From Bacteroidales bacterium (GTDB taxonomy: Bacteria; Bacteroidota; Bacteroidia; Bacteroidales; B39-G9): DNA of 64,000 nt. This document shows positions 35,328 through 44,591 of this stretch, piece by piece. The DNA lies in assembly GCA_023133485.1 (NCBI GenBank), contig JAGLWK010000168.1, positions 687-64,686 of the forward strand, read 5' to 3'. How positions within the stretch are numbered: the stretch's first letter is position 1; every line of letters starts with the position of its first letter. The notes beneath the pieces are model-generated. The model had not been told where the DNA came from, searched no databases, and saw only the letters and a list, made by a program, of their open reading frames with translations. The translations under genes were made by a program, and so were the position numbers.

Positions 35328-36065
35328 TTAGTTGCCGTAAATTTGTTTTATATAGTTTCTTATTTCTTCTTTTTTTCCTCTTCTATTCGCATAACGTAGT
35401 AATCTACTTTCGTTAATAGAATATTTCATAAAAGCTTCTTTATAAATGGTTTTCATTTCATTACCTTGATATGCTGAAAATATAACTTCATTACAAAATA
35501 TATCAACCAATATTTTTTCTAAAGTAGCAATATTTAGATTTTGTATATTTTGTGTAGGAGCTTCTGTAATTAGTGATTTTACAATTATTACATTGTTATT
35601 TTCGGTTATGTATCTTTCAAAAACTTCTTTTGTTGGCTCCAAAAAGACAGTCTGTTTTTTTTCTTTTAAATAAATGAAGATAGCTTGTGTAGCTTCTTTC
35701 TCTATTTCAACTATTAAAAAGAATTGATTGGTTTGATGTATTGAGAATTCGTTTAAAATAGAAGTGTTCCAGACACATAAGTCTAAATAAGGAAATTCTT
35801 TTTTTATTTTTTTGTTTATGTATTTTAATTCTGAAGTAATTTCTGGTATAAAGTAATTCATTTTACCTAAAGAAAATTTTCCTTTGCCAATTCTTTTAAA
35901 TATTCCCTTTTTTACAAAATTAAATATTCGCCAATTGATAGTTGTTTGACTTATGTTTGGTTCAATGGTTTTAAAAAAATTACCAATATCCTCAGTTTTA
36001 AAGTTTTCTTTGTCTTTAAAGAAAGTTTTTAATTTTTGAATATGTAATTTGTCTTTAATGATAAT
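35328..36065 (-). CDS. AbiEi-like antitoxin/transcriptional regulator; the wHTH N-terminus is encoded upstream of the first ATG
   Basis: The ORF track starts at 35861, but the frame stays open to 36068. The extra 68 codons encode ..FKTEDIGNFFKTIEPNISQTTINWRIFNFVKKGIFKRIGKGKFSLGK, a typical AbiEi_4 winged helix. There is no ATG, GTG or TTG in that stretch. The only candidates are ATT (36065), ATC (36062) and ATT (36059). Confidence 0.5.
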   Translation of the reverse strand: MIIKDKLHIQKLKTFFKDKENFKTEDIGNFFKTIEPNISQTTINWRIFNFVKKGIFKRIGKGKFSLGKMNYFIPEITSELKYINKKIKKEFPYLDLCVWNTSILNEFSIHQTNQFFLIVEIEKEATQAIFIYLKEKKQTVFLEPTKEVFERYITENNNVIIVKSLITEAPTQNIQNLNIATLEKILVDIFCNEVIFSAYQGNEMKTIYKEAFMKYSINESRLLRYANRRGKKEEIRNYIKQIYGN

Positions 36066-36083
36066 GTTTCAATTTAATTTTTG

Positions 36084-36130
36084 CAAATATAACAAACTAT
36101 ATATTGGCAACAAAATATAATACTGCCAAT
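36084..36130 (-). promoter_or_regulatory. Candidate promoter plus operator of the AbiE-like operon
   Basis: On the minus strand, the -7 box TATATTTG (36091-36084) lies 19 nt upstream of the open frame. The inverted repeat ATTGGCA-N14-TGCCAAT (36103-36130) lies just upstream, where AbiEi-type autorepressors bind. Confidence 0.4.
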
Positions 36131-36345
36131 TATTAGATTTCAGTTAGCATAGGGAAATTTTTACTCTTTTATTTTTTAGCGTTGGATTAAGTGTGGCAAA
36201 AAAATAAATGTGTAAAATGTGTGGTTAGCATTTTTCGGCTCAATGGAAATATTAGGGGGAGCAAGATGGATTTTCTCTATCTTTGCAACTATAGAAACAA
36301 AAGAAATAATACAACATATCCTACCTAAAGAATTTAATTAATATT

Positions 36346-36555
36346 TTATTTTCTGTATTGATCTACAATTTCTTTTGATTTTCGCAATCCCAGTAGCAAT
36401 TCTTTCTGTACAAAACTCATAGCTTCAATAATTTTGTTTTGTTTTACAAGTTCTATAACTTTTTTCTCCATTTTTTTGTTAAGTTTTTGCATGGTATTAT
36501 AATTTAAGTAAAGATGCGTGTTTTGAGCGGGTTTTCGAAGTTCTATATTTTTCAA
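36346..36555 (-). CDS. Small protein resembling the ribosomal L7/L12 C-terminal domain
   Basis: ..VKQNKIIEAMSFVQKELLLGLRKSKEIVDQY resembles the K.IEAIK.VRE.TGLGLKEAKDLV pattern of the L7/L12 CTD. It lies immediately downstream of ORF 37310-36606. Confidence 0.4.
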   Translation of the reverse strand: MKNIELRKPAQNTHLYLNYNTMQKLNKKMEKKVIELVKQNKIIEAMSFVQKELLLGLRKSKEIVDQYRK

Positions 36556-36605
36556 TTTTGCTGTTATTGTTAATTAAATTTTTCATACTTTAAATATACA
36601 TCATG

Positions 36606-37310
36606 TTAAGTATTACTAATTTCAATTTCATTAATGTCTCTATATTCTGCAACTATTTGGATTTCTCCTTCATACAAAATCTCCTGTAATTCATCAGATA
36701 ATATTTTTCCATACCAATAATCATTTGCCCTACTTTCAAACTCTTTAATACTAAATGTATCTATATTCACCAATGTTCCATCTGCTTGATGGGTTTTACC
36801 ATTTTTATTAAGTTTGAGTTGTAGTATTTTTTTATTCTTATGTTTTTTAAATAATTCCCACCATTTATGTAGGTCTTTTTTATCTGAAATCCATATGCAA
36901 TTTTTTCGTGAAGGTAAATTTGTGTTTATTTTTAATCTAGTTTGTTCAAAGATTTCTTCTCGAATCCACTTTAAATATTGAAAAAGAGATTTATGCAATT
37001 TATCGGCTAAATTTTCAAATGTAAAACTGTTTTCTTGGAATGCATAATACAAATCTTCGTAAGATTTCTTTTCATTTATGACACTTTTATTAATCTCTTG
37101 TCTGAATAAATGATTTGAATACTCAATTAATCCCACCTTTTTATTGTTAATACTTTCATAGTCCTTTGCATCTCGAAGAACTCCATTAAAGAACTCATTG
37201 AAATTGTTTTTACCTATAGTTATTCTAACATTTTTATTCCATTCAGTTTTAATTCCATCTAATCTTTGAATATGATAATATGTTATATCTGTATTTTTCA
37301 TTTTGTTCAA
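36606..37310 (-). CDS. Hypothetical protein (234 aa)
   Basis: Clean ORF with no motif I can assign securely. See the findings for a speculative R / S / ExE reading. Confidence 0.45.
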   Translation of the reverse strand: MNKMKNTDITYYHIQRLDGIKTEWNKNVRITIGKNNFNEFFNGVLRDAKDYESINNKKVGLIEYSNHLFRQEINKSVINEKKSYEDLYYAFQENSFTFENLADKLHKSLFQYLKWIREEIFEQTRLKINTNLPSRKNCIWISDKKDLHKWWELFKKHKNKKILQLKLNKNGKTHQADGTLVNIDTFSIKEFESRANDYWYGKILSDELQEILYEGEIQIVAEYRDINEIEISNT

Positions 37311-37645
37311 CGCTTTATTGCACCTAACATCCGTCTATAATGAATAGTGCTTATATTTTCTCTATTTCATTATTCCGTTTTTTCTATAACTATTATTTAA
37401 ACCCAAATCAATATTAAATATAAACTTGCATAAATGTAGCGTATATTTGAATAATACCCAAATTGAGTGATTTACTATCGTAAAACCTCTCAATCGACAA
37501 AGTTATCATAAGGATTTCGCTAATTTTCGTTTCAATCGCTCAACTTAGATTATATTCAAAATATTTATTTGGCTTTTGTTTTTCAATTATTTTTTACTTT
37601 TTATTATTAATATTTTTCCTATCTTTCATTATAAATCTATAAAAA

Positions 37646-38113
37646 ATGGAATCATCAAAAAAGCGAAACAGGTACAACAGGATTTATAAACAAATAAAGG
37701 AATTACTTGTGAAAAGTGATAATATTTTGGCAAGAAAAAATACTGTTGTTGCTGTTTTACATAATAAATTTGATTATTTCTTCTGGACAGGGTTTTATTG
37801 TTTAAAAAACGAAAAACTTATTGTAAGCGCTTATCAGGGACCTGTTGCATGTATGGAACTTGAAAAAGGAACAGGTGTTTGCTGGGCTTCAATTAACCAA
37901 CAAAAAAGTATAATAGTACCTGATGTTGAAAAATTTCCCGGGCATATTGCTTGCGATTCAAGGTCAAAATCTGAAATAGTAATTCCTCTTAAAAATAATA
38001 ATGGAGACATTGTTGGTGTATTAGATATTGATAGCACAGAACTAAATTCTTTTAATGAAATTGACAAAGAAGAACTTGAAAAAATTGTTGATTTGATTTA
38101 TGGTAATAAATAA
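37646..38113 (+). CDS. msrC: GAF-domain free methionine-(R)-sulfoxide reductase (YebR/MsrC type)
   Basis: FFWTGFYCLKNEKLIVSAYQGPVACMELEKGTGVCWASINQQKSIIVPDVEKFPGHIACDSRSKSEIVIPL..NGDIVGVLDIDS matches the fRMsr pattern, including the conserved Cys residues. Confidence 0.8.
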   Translation: MESSKKRNRYNRIYKQIKELLVKSDNILARKNTVVAVLHNKFDYFFWTGFYCLKNEKLIVSAYQGPVACMELEKGTGVCWASINQQKSIIVPDVEKFPGHIACDSRSKSEIVIPLKNNNGDIVGVLDIDSTELNSFNEIDKEELEKIVDLIYGNK

Positions 38114-38345
38114 ATTGTTCTATTGCTCTATTGTTTCATTGTTGAATCTATTCAGAAAAGACCTAACAGGTTTGTGTCAATAAAAAATAGCTTAATTAAA
38201 TTACTGATAATCAATACGTCAGAAAACCTGTTAGGTCTTAATAATTTAAAATTACGACTTTTCGGAGTAGGCTCATTGTTCAATTGTTGAAATACATAAA
38301 GCTAAAATTGAAAGTCTAACAATAGAACAATTGAGCAATAGAACC
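38114..38345. repeat. Nested inverted-repeat composite beginning right at the msrC stop codon
   Basis: The outer arms are an 8 bp periodic tract, attgttct attgctct attgtttc attgttga (38114-38145), against its inverted relative caatagaacaattgagcaatagaac (about 38319-38343). The inner perfect inverted repeat is gacctaacaggttt (38160-38173) against aaacctgttaggtc (38225-38238). Confidence 0.65.
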
Positions 38346-38420
38346 ATTACTTAATTATATTTTAGACCGCCTGACAGTATTCAGGTTTATGATGTAAGCA
38401 ATTACTATTTTTTTTAAGTA

Positions 38421-39386
38421 CTATCTGTAAACCTTATCTATTAAATAATTTTTTACATAATCTTCAATTCCTTTTTCTAAAGAATAAAATGGTTTATTAT
38501 ATCCTATTGCTCTTAATTTCTGCATATTAGCTTCTGTAAAATACTGGTATTTGTCGCGAATATCTTCAGGAGTATCAATAAAACCAATATTTTCTTCAAC
38601 TTTTTTTGCTTTAAATGTATTTCTTGTTAAATCCAGGAATGAACGGGCTTTTCCTGTTCCAAGATTATATATTCCTGAATTTTTTCTGTGATGCATTAAA
38701 AAATATAAAACATCAACTACATCTTTAACATAAATGAAATCTCTTAACTGCTCACCATCTTTATATTGTGGATTATGAGAACGAAACAGTTTCATTTTGT
38801 TTGTTGATTTAATCTGGTTAAATGCATGAAAAATAACTGATGCCATTCTTCCTTTATGATATTCATTAGGTCCATATACATTAAAAAACTTCAAACCAAT
38901 CCAAAAATATGGCTTTTTTTCCTGCTTCAATGCCCACTTATCAAATTCATTTTTTGATTCTCCATACGGATTTAAAGGTTTCAGTTTTTCAACAATATCA
39001 TGTTCGTCATTATAACCAAATTCGCCCATTCCATAAGTAGCCGCAGAAGATGCATAGATTAATGGTAAACCAAATTCAACACATTTATCCCAAACCTTTT
39101 TGGTATATCCTAAATTTAATTTATCGAAAACCGATTTATCAAATTCAGTGGTATCAGTTCTTGCACCTATATGAAAAATAAACTGGATAAATTTATGATT
39201 TTTTCCTATCCATTCAATAAATTTTTCTCTGTCAATTTTATGACTAAATATCTTATTATCAAGGTTTTTGTTTTTCTCAATATCAGAAAAATCATCAACA
39301 ACTACAATATCTTTAAAGTTTTCGTCATTTAATTTTCTAACTAAATTACTGCCAATAAATCCGGCAGCTCCTGTAACTATAATCAT
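38421..39386 (-). CDS. hldD: ADP-L-glycero-D-manno-heptose 6-epimerase
   Basis: MIIVTGAAGFIGSNLVRKLND, ASSAATYG, FNVYGPNEYHKGRMASVIFH, RDFIYVKDVVDV, YNLGTGKARSF and YQYFTEANMQKLRAIGYNKPF are collinear with E. coli HldD (RfaD). Confidence 0.85.
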   Translation of the reverse strand: MIIVTGAAGFIGSNLVRKLNDENFKDIVVVDDFSDIEKNKNLDNKIFSHKIDREKFIEWIGKNHKFIQFIFHIGARTDTTEFDKSVFDKLNLGYTKKVWDKCVEFGLPLIYASSAATYGMGEFGYNDEHDIVEKLKPLNPYGESKNEFDKWALKQEKKPYFWIGLKFFNVYGPNEYHKGRMASVIFHAFNQIKSTNKMKLFRSHNPQYKDGEQLRDFIYVKDVVDVLYFLMHHRKNSGIYNLGTGKARSFLDLTRNTFKAKKVEENIGFIDTPEDIRDKYQYFTEANMQKLRAIGYNKPFYSLEKGIEDYVKNYLIDKVYR

Positions 39387-39445
39387 AATTATTTTATTTT
39401 ATAGTAATTTTACAAATTGCAACAAATTTAGTAAATCTTATATTT

Positions 39446-40276
39446 TTATTCTACAAAAATCGGTAAATCAATTTTATCAATAATTTTTAATTTTTCTGCC
39501 CGTTTATATAATTCATTAATTGCTTTTCGTCCTTTTTCATCCAAATTAATTGTATAATCATTAACATATAACTTTACATGTTTATACATAATATCTTCTT
39601 TCATTTCCTGTGCATATTTTTTCATAAAATCAATACATGAACGTGGATTTTTTAATGCAAATTCAATGCTTCTTTTTAAAATTCTGTCAACTTTTTGTTG
39701 AACATCTAAATCAATATTACGCTTAACTACAATTCCACCCAATGGTATTGGAAGTTCGGTTAAATTTTCCCAGTATTCACCAAGGTCAAGTATTTTTTTT
39801 AATCCTTTTTCTTTGTATGTAAACCTGTTTTCATGAATAATCAAGCCTGCATCAGCTTCATTACTTAAAACAACTTCTTCAATATCAGAAAAAAGATATT
39901 GAATTTTATTTTTTGCATTAGGGTATGCAATACTTAGTAAAAGATTTGCTGTTGTATATTTACCTGGAATTGCAATTTTTAAATAATCAATTTCGTCTTT
40001 ATAAATTTTTTGTTTACTTATTAATAAAGGTCCGTTTTTGTTTCCTAATGCACTTCCCGAATTAAGCAGAACATAATTTTTTATTAAATATGCGTATGCA
40101 AAAAAACTTAATTTGGTAATATCAAGTTCATGATTAAATGCTAATTTGTTTAATTCTTCAATATCAGCAATTTTTAAGTTAAACGACAAACCTTCAGTAT
40201 CAATTTTATTATGCAACATTGCATCGAAAATAAAAGTATCGTTAGGGCATGAAGATATTCCAACAGATAAAACCAT
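39446..40276 (-). CDS. mqnD: 1,4-dihydroxy-6-naphthoate synthase (futalosine-pathway menaquinone biosynthesis)
   Basis: LSVGISSCPNDTFIFDAMLHNKIDTEGLSFNLKIADIEELNKLAFNHELDITKLSF matches the MqnD N-terminal signature (SPCPNDTF.F.A......DTEGL). Confidence 0.8.
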   Translation of the reverse strand: MVLSVGISSCPNDTFIFDAMLHNKIDTEGLSFNLKIADIEELNKLAFNHELDITKLSFFAYAYLIKNYVLLNSGSALGNKNGPLLISKQKIYKDEIDYLKIAIPGKYTTANLLLSIAYPNAKNKIQYLFSDIEEVVLSNEADAGLIIHENRFTYKEKGLKKILDLGEYWENLTELPIPLGGIVVKRNIDLDVQQKVDRILKRSIEFALKNPRSCIDFMKKYAQEMKEDIMYKHVKLYVNDYTINLDEKGRKAINELYKRAEKLKIIDKIDLPIFVE

Positions 40277-40346
40277 AAGATAATATTAAATTTTTTGTTT
40301 CTTATGTTGTGTCTATAAAAAAAACTTTGAAATTTATAATTATGCT

Positions 40347-40425
40347 GTCATTTCGAACGAAGTGAGAAATCTCATTTAATTGATATCCATTCTGTTATGA
40401 GATTTCTCCTTTCAGTCGAAATGAC
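40347..40425. repeat. Palindromic repeat element with two inverted GTCATTTCGA...GAGAAATCTCAT arms
   Basis: gtcatttcgaacgaagtgagaaatctcat (40347-40375) and atgagatttctcctttcagtcgaaatgac (40397-40425). A half copy lies at 552-602. Confidence 0.7.
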
Positions 40426-40619
40426 AATATTAGGAGTTTTCTTACGAACACTAAGTAATGATTGTTTAAAAATAAATCATTTTGTTATTGTCTAAATATA
40501 ATCATTTTCTCAAATAATATCTAAAATCTGCTTTTTATAAATTATATACTTAAAATGAAATAAAAATTATTATATTACTTTCAATTTATATTTTAACAAT
40601 TTAACTAAATTTTTCACAC

Positions 40620-42218
40620 ATGAAAACAAATCAAGTTATTTATTATCTGTTAATTATTACTTTTTTTGTATCACAAAAACAATTATTATCACAGAATAAA
40701 AGTGACTGGGAAGGAGGATTTCCTGATGGTTGTACATCAATTACAGTAGGAAAATCAGCTTCAGCAGACGGTTCGGTTATCACATCTCATACTGATGACA
40801 GTCATCGTACAAGATCATGGATAGATATTGTTCCTGCAAAAGAATATAAAGAAGGTTCAACTTTTATGCTTTATAAAAGATATCCAAACGATTCACTTGC
40901 TATGCCAGCATACAATCATGAACCAATTGGTGCTATACCACAGATTGAATCAACATACGGATATATTAATACTGCATACCCATGTATGAACGAAAAACAA
41001 CTTGCTATTGGAGAATCAACATTTGGTGGCAGAGAGAGCTTACAATCTGATGACGGACTAATTGATTGCCAAAGATTATACCAGTTAATACTCGAAAGAT
41101 GTTCTTCAGCAAGAGAAGCAATAAAAATGGCTGACGAATTAACAAAAGAATACGGTTGGAACGATTATGGTGAATGCCTTACTATATCTGATAAAAAAGA
41201 AGTATGGCACTTCGAAATTCTTGGTCCGGGAAAAGGTCAGGTTGGTGCAATTTGGGTAGCTCAGAGAGTTCCTGATGAACATGTTAGTGTTAATGCTAAT
41301 GCAAGTACAATTAAAGAAATTGACTTAAAAAACCCTGATTATTTTATGGCTTCTGAAAACATTTTTCAGGTAGCAAAAGATAGTGGCTGGTGGAAAGAAA
41401 ACGAAGAACCATTTAGTTTTTGTTATGTATATGCACCAAAAAGCAGGAAATCATACGCATCAAGCAGGAGAGAATGGAGAGTTTTTGATTTGCTTGCTCC
41501 ATCACTAAAATTAGACCCTAATGCCAGAGATTATCCGTTTTCTATTAAACCCGATGAACCGGTTACATTAGAAAAACTTATTTCTATTTTCAAAGATTAT
41601 TATGAAGGAACCGAATTCAATTTTGCAAAGGACATTACATATAAAAATAAAAAAGGTGAAAAAGTTTTGTCACCACTTTCAAACCCGTTTATGCCTTATG
41701 ATATGAACAAAGTATTTAATATTTCAGGCGGCTGGGGCTGGCGGGGCGAAAGAACTATTGCAAGATGGTACACTATGTATGCAACTATCATTCAATCAAG
41801 AGATTGGATGCCTGATGATGTTGGCGGTGTAGTTTGGCTGGCTATGGATAATGTTGCTTCTTCGATTTACGTCCCTGTTTATTGTGGAGTAAATGATTTA
41901 GCAAAACCTTACAAAATACCGGGAAGAGTTAATGGTTATACTCGCGAATCAGCATGGTGGGCTTTTAACAGGTTAGGTACATTAGCCGCTCAAAGATGGG
42001 GAGATATGCGACATGATTTAGATGCAGTGTGGGTTCCATGGCAAAAAGAATTACTTGACAATCAGAAAACCATTGAGCAAAATGCATTAAAAATAAGCGA
42101 CCTGAAAAAAAGGAAACAATTTCTTACCAAATATACTATTAAATGGGAAAATAAAGTTGTAAACAAAGCATGGGAACTTGGTGATTTTCTATGGACAAAA
42201 TACGATGAAAAATTCTAA
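40620..42218 (+). CDS. C69-family dipeptidase, secreted
   Basis: Signal peptide, then GCTSITVGKSASADGSVITSHTDD, which carries the N-terminal nucleophile Cys of peptidase family C69. Confidence 0.85.
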   Translation: MKTNQVIYYLLIITFFVSQKQLLSQNKSDWEGGFPDGCTSITVGKSASADGSVITSHTDDSHRTRSWIDIVPAKEYKEGSTFMLYKRYPNDSLAMPAYNHEPIGAIPQIESTYGYINTAYPCMNEKQLAIGESTFGGRESLQSDDGLIDCQRLYQLILERCSSAREAIKMADELTKEYGWNDYGECLTISDKKEVWHFEILGPGKGQVGAIWVAQRVPDEHVSVNANASTIKEIDLKNPDYFMASENIFQVAKDSGWWKENEEPFSFCYVYAPKSRKSYASSRREWRVFDLLAPSLKLDPNARDYPFSIKPDEPVTLEKLISIFKDYYEGTEFNFAKDITYKNKKGEKVLSPLSNPFMPYDMNKVFNISGGWGWRGERTIARWYTMYATIIQSRDWMPDDVGGVVWLAMDNVASSIYVPVYCGVNDLAKPYKIPGRVNGYTRESAWWAFNRLGTLAAQRWGDMRHDLDAVWVPWQKELLDNQKTIEQNALKISDLKKRKQFLTKYTIKWENKVVNKAWELGDFLWTKYDEKF

Positions 42219-42305
42219 ACTTAATAATTGGGTAATATTTAATAATATAAGAAATAATAAAGGTGTGTTTAGCAATTAGTTGAGCACTATTAAAAATAAC
42301 ATGCA

Positions 42306-42749
42306 ATGATGAAAGTATATTTTTATTTATCTATTTTAATACTCTTAGCTTGTTCAACAGATAGTCAAAAAATTGAAAAACTTCAAACTGAAAATCAAAT
42401 TTTAAAAGACAAACTTGAAAAAATTGAAAATGAAATAAATAATTTTCAGTTTTCCGCAATTGGAATGGAAAAAAACAGCAAAATAAGTCTTGGAAAAGAA
42501 TATATAGCGGAAATTGGAATTGTTATTTCAAAAAAATCGTATCCAATTAATGTTCAATTAGGAGACATTATTAATAACGAATTTCATCCAAGTGGAGATA
42601 CTTTAACTGAAAAACATTCTGAATTTAGAATATATAGACATACCCCTAAAAATATTGGTGTTTTTCAGTATAGTTGGAAAGTCGAATTTGATTTTTTCGA
42701 TTCAACAATTGTAAGATTCTTTACGATGGAATATTCAGTAATGGAATAA
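42306..42749 (+). CDS. Hypothetical lipoprotein
   Basis: Lipobox LLAC, then a short coiled coil (KIEKLQTENQILKDKLEKIENEINN) and a beta-rich C-terminal part. Confidence 0.5.
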   Translation: MMKVYFYLSILILLACSTDSQKIEKLQTENQILKDKLEKIENEINNFQFSAIGMEKNSKISLGKEYIAEIGIVISKKSYPINVQLGDIINNEFHPSGDTLTEKHSEFRIYRHTPKNIGVFQYSWKVEFDFFDSTIVRFFTMEYSVME

Positions 42750-43057
42750 AGTACAGAATTAGAATGAAACAGTGCTCAACACAAGCTATGCACAATAAGG
42801 GCAATGTGCTAAATTTGAAATGATTACATAAGAAATAAACACCGCCAAATCTTCGATATTGGCGTTTAAAATGAAAAACATAAGGTAAAATTAAAAATTT
42901 GGCTATGTGCGTAACGGAAAGTTTTATACTTTTAATCCCATACTGTGCCTAACCAAAACGTTGTATTTTATACCAAAACAAATATATGTTTAATAACATT
43001 CACTATTATAGTGAACTTTTTTGCATTATAATTTACCTTTGTTAAAGATATAATTTA

Positions 43058-43378
43058 ATGATAATCGAGTTTGAAAAGGAATACTTAGAACAATTGTACT
43101 CAGAGGGGAAAGCAAAAGGGAAAAAGTATCGCTTTCAACCAACAGTAATAAAACAATATAAAAACACGATTGACAAATTGAGAACTGCTAAACGGATAGA
43201 AGATTTATTCTTACTTAAAAGTCTGAATTATGAAAAATTAATAGGGAGCAAAAAAGGATTAGAATCAGTTCGGGTAAATCAACAATATCGTATAGAATTT
43301 AGGAGTAAACAAGAAAGTAAAGAACCAAACATTGTTACTATTTGTTCAATAATTGAATTAAGTAAACATTACGATTGA
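43058..43378 (+). CDS. higB: HigB-type (plasmid-killer/RelE superfamily) toxin
   Basis: The 106 aa sequence ...YRFQPTVIKQYKNTIDKLRTAKRIEDLFLLKSLNYEKLIGSKKGLESVRVNQQYRIEFR fits the PF05015 pattern. The gene overlaps the downstream HTH gene. Confidence 0.75.
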   Translation: MIIEFEKEYLEQLYSEGKAKGKKYRFQPTVIKQYKNTIDKLRTAKRIEDLFLLKSLNYEKLIGSKKGLESVRVNQQYRIEFRSKQESKEPNIVTICSIIELSKHYD

Positions 43379-44490
43379 TAGGAGAAAATAATATGTCTAA
43401 TAATAACATAACACCGTTTGAAGCAACTCATCCTGGCATATTGCTACAAGATGAGTTGAAAGCTCGTAATATAAAACAAAGGGAATTGGCATACGAATTA
43501 GGTGTTTTGCCAACTTTCTTAAATGAAATTATTAAAGGAAAAAGGTCAATTACAGCAGATTTTGCAGTCTTATTAGAAAAAGTACTTGAGATTCCTGCAG
43601 ATTATTGGTTGAGATTTCAAACTCAACATGATATTGATAAAGCACGAATCAAAGAAAAAAATGTACGCAAAATTGAATTAATTGAAATTTGGAATATTAT
43701 TAAAGAATATGTACCTGTTAAATCTTTTAAAAAACTTGGTTATTTACATAGCTCTTCAGAAATAGAAACGAATATTAAAACCATAATGAAAATTTACGAT
43801 ACTCGTAATATTAAAGGTTTAATCAATGTTTTTGGGACCCGCAAAAAGTTATTGTTTTATCGTAAATCAAAAAAACTAAACCTTGATAAAGTTAATATGA
43901 TAGGATGGAATATATTAGCTGAGTACGAAGCAAAACAAATTAATATTTCAAAATTTAAGAAAGAAAATCTTAATAATTTAAAAAAAGAACTACAAATAAT
44001 TTTTTTTAAAAATCAGAATGTTAAAGTACGTACGAAAGAAAAACTGGCAGAATATGGAATAAAATTATTATATCTTCAAAAATTTGATAAAACACCAATA
44101 GATGGTTATTCTTTTTGGAGTGATAAAAATCCTGCGATTGCATTAACATTAAGGCATAAGAGAATTGACAACTTTGCATTTACAATTTTTCACGAAATAG
44201 GCCATATTGAATTGCACATAGAATCACAAAAAGAAAGAAAGTTTATTGACTTGTACGGTAGTAAAGTTGAGAATGAGTTAGAAAGTCAAGCAGACAAATA
44301 TGCACAGGAAAGTCTTATATCCGAGGAACAATGGAATGATTTAGTAAATAATTATATTCCTCCAAATGACAACAAAATAAGAGATTTTGGAGAAAAACAC
44401 AAAATTAATCCTGCAATTATTCTCGGTAGAATATGTTGGGAAAAGAACGATTATACAATAAGGTCAAATATCGACAAATCTGTGAATTAG
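43375..44490 (+). CDS. higA: HigA-type XRE-HTH antitoxin fused to an ImmA/IrrE (M78) zinc-metallopeptidase domain
   Basis: The N-terminus is HPGILLQDELKARNIKQRELAYELGVLPTFLNEIIKGKRSITADFAVLLEKVLEIPADYWLRFQ (HigA HTH). The C-terminal part has FTIFHEIGHIELH (HEXXH) plus ..ESQADKYAQESL. The start is probably the ATG at 43393, not the TTG at 43375. Confidence 0.75.
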   Translation: MIGENNMSNNNITPFEATHPGILLQDELKARNIKQRELAYELGVLPTFLNEIIKGKRSITADFAVLLEKVLEIPADYWLRFQTQHDIDKARIKEKNVRKIELIEIWNIIKEYVPVKSFKKLGYLHSSSEIETNIKTIMKIYDTRNIKGLINVFGTRKKLLFYRKSKKLNLDKVNMIGWNILAEYEAKQINISKFKKENLNNLKKELQIIFFKNQNVKVRTKEKLAEYGIKLLYLQKFDKTPIDGYSFWSDKNPAIALTLRHKRIDNFAFTIFHEIGHIELHIESQKERKFIDLYGSKVENELESQADKYAQESLISEEQWNDLVNNYIPPNDNKIRDFGEKHKINPAIILGRICWEKNDYTIRSNIDKSVN

Positions 44491-44591
44491 CTAAACTAAC
44501 AAGATTCAAAAAACAAAGAAACAAAAAAGTAAAATAATAAAACCTTTTGATATATTGAATTAATACATTTAAGAAACTGAAATACAATAAA

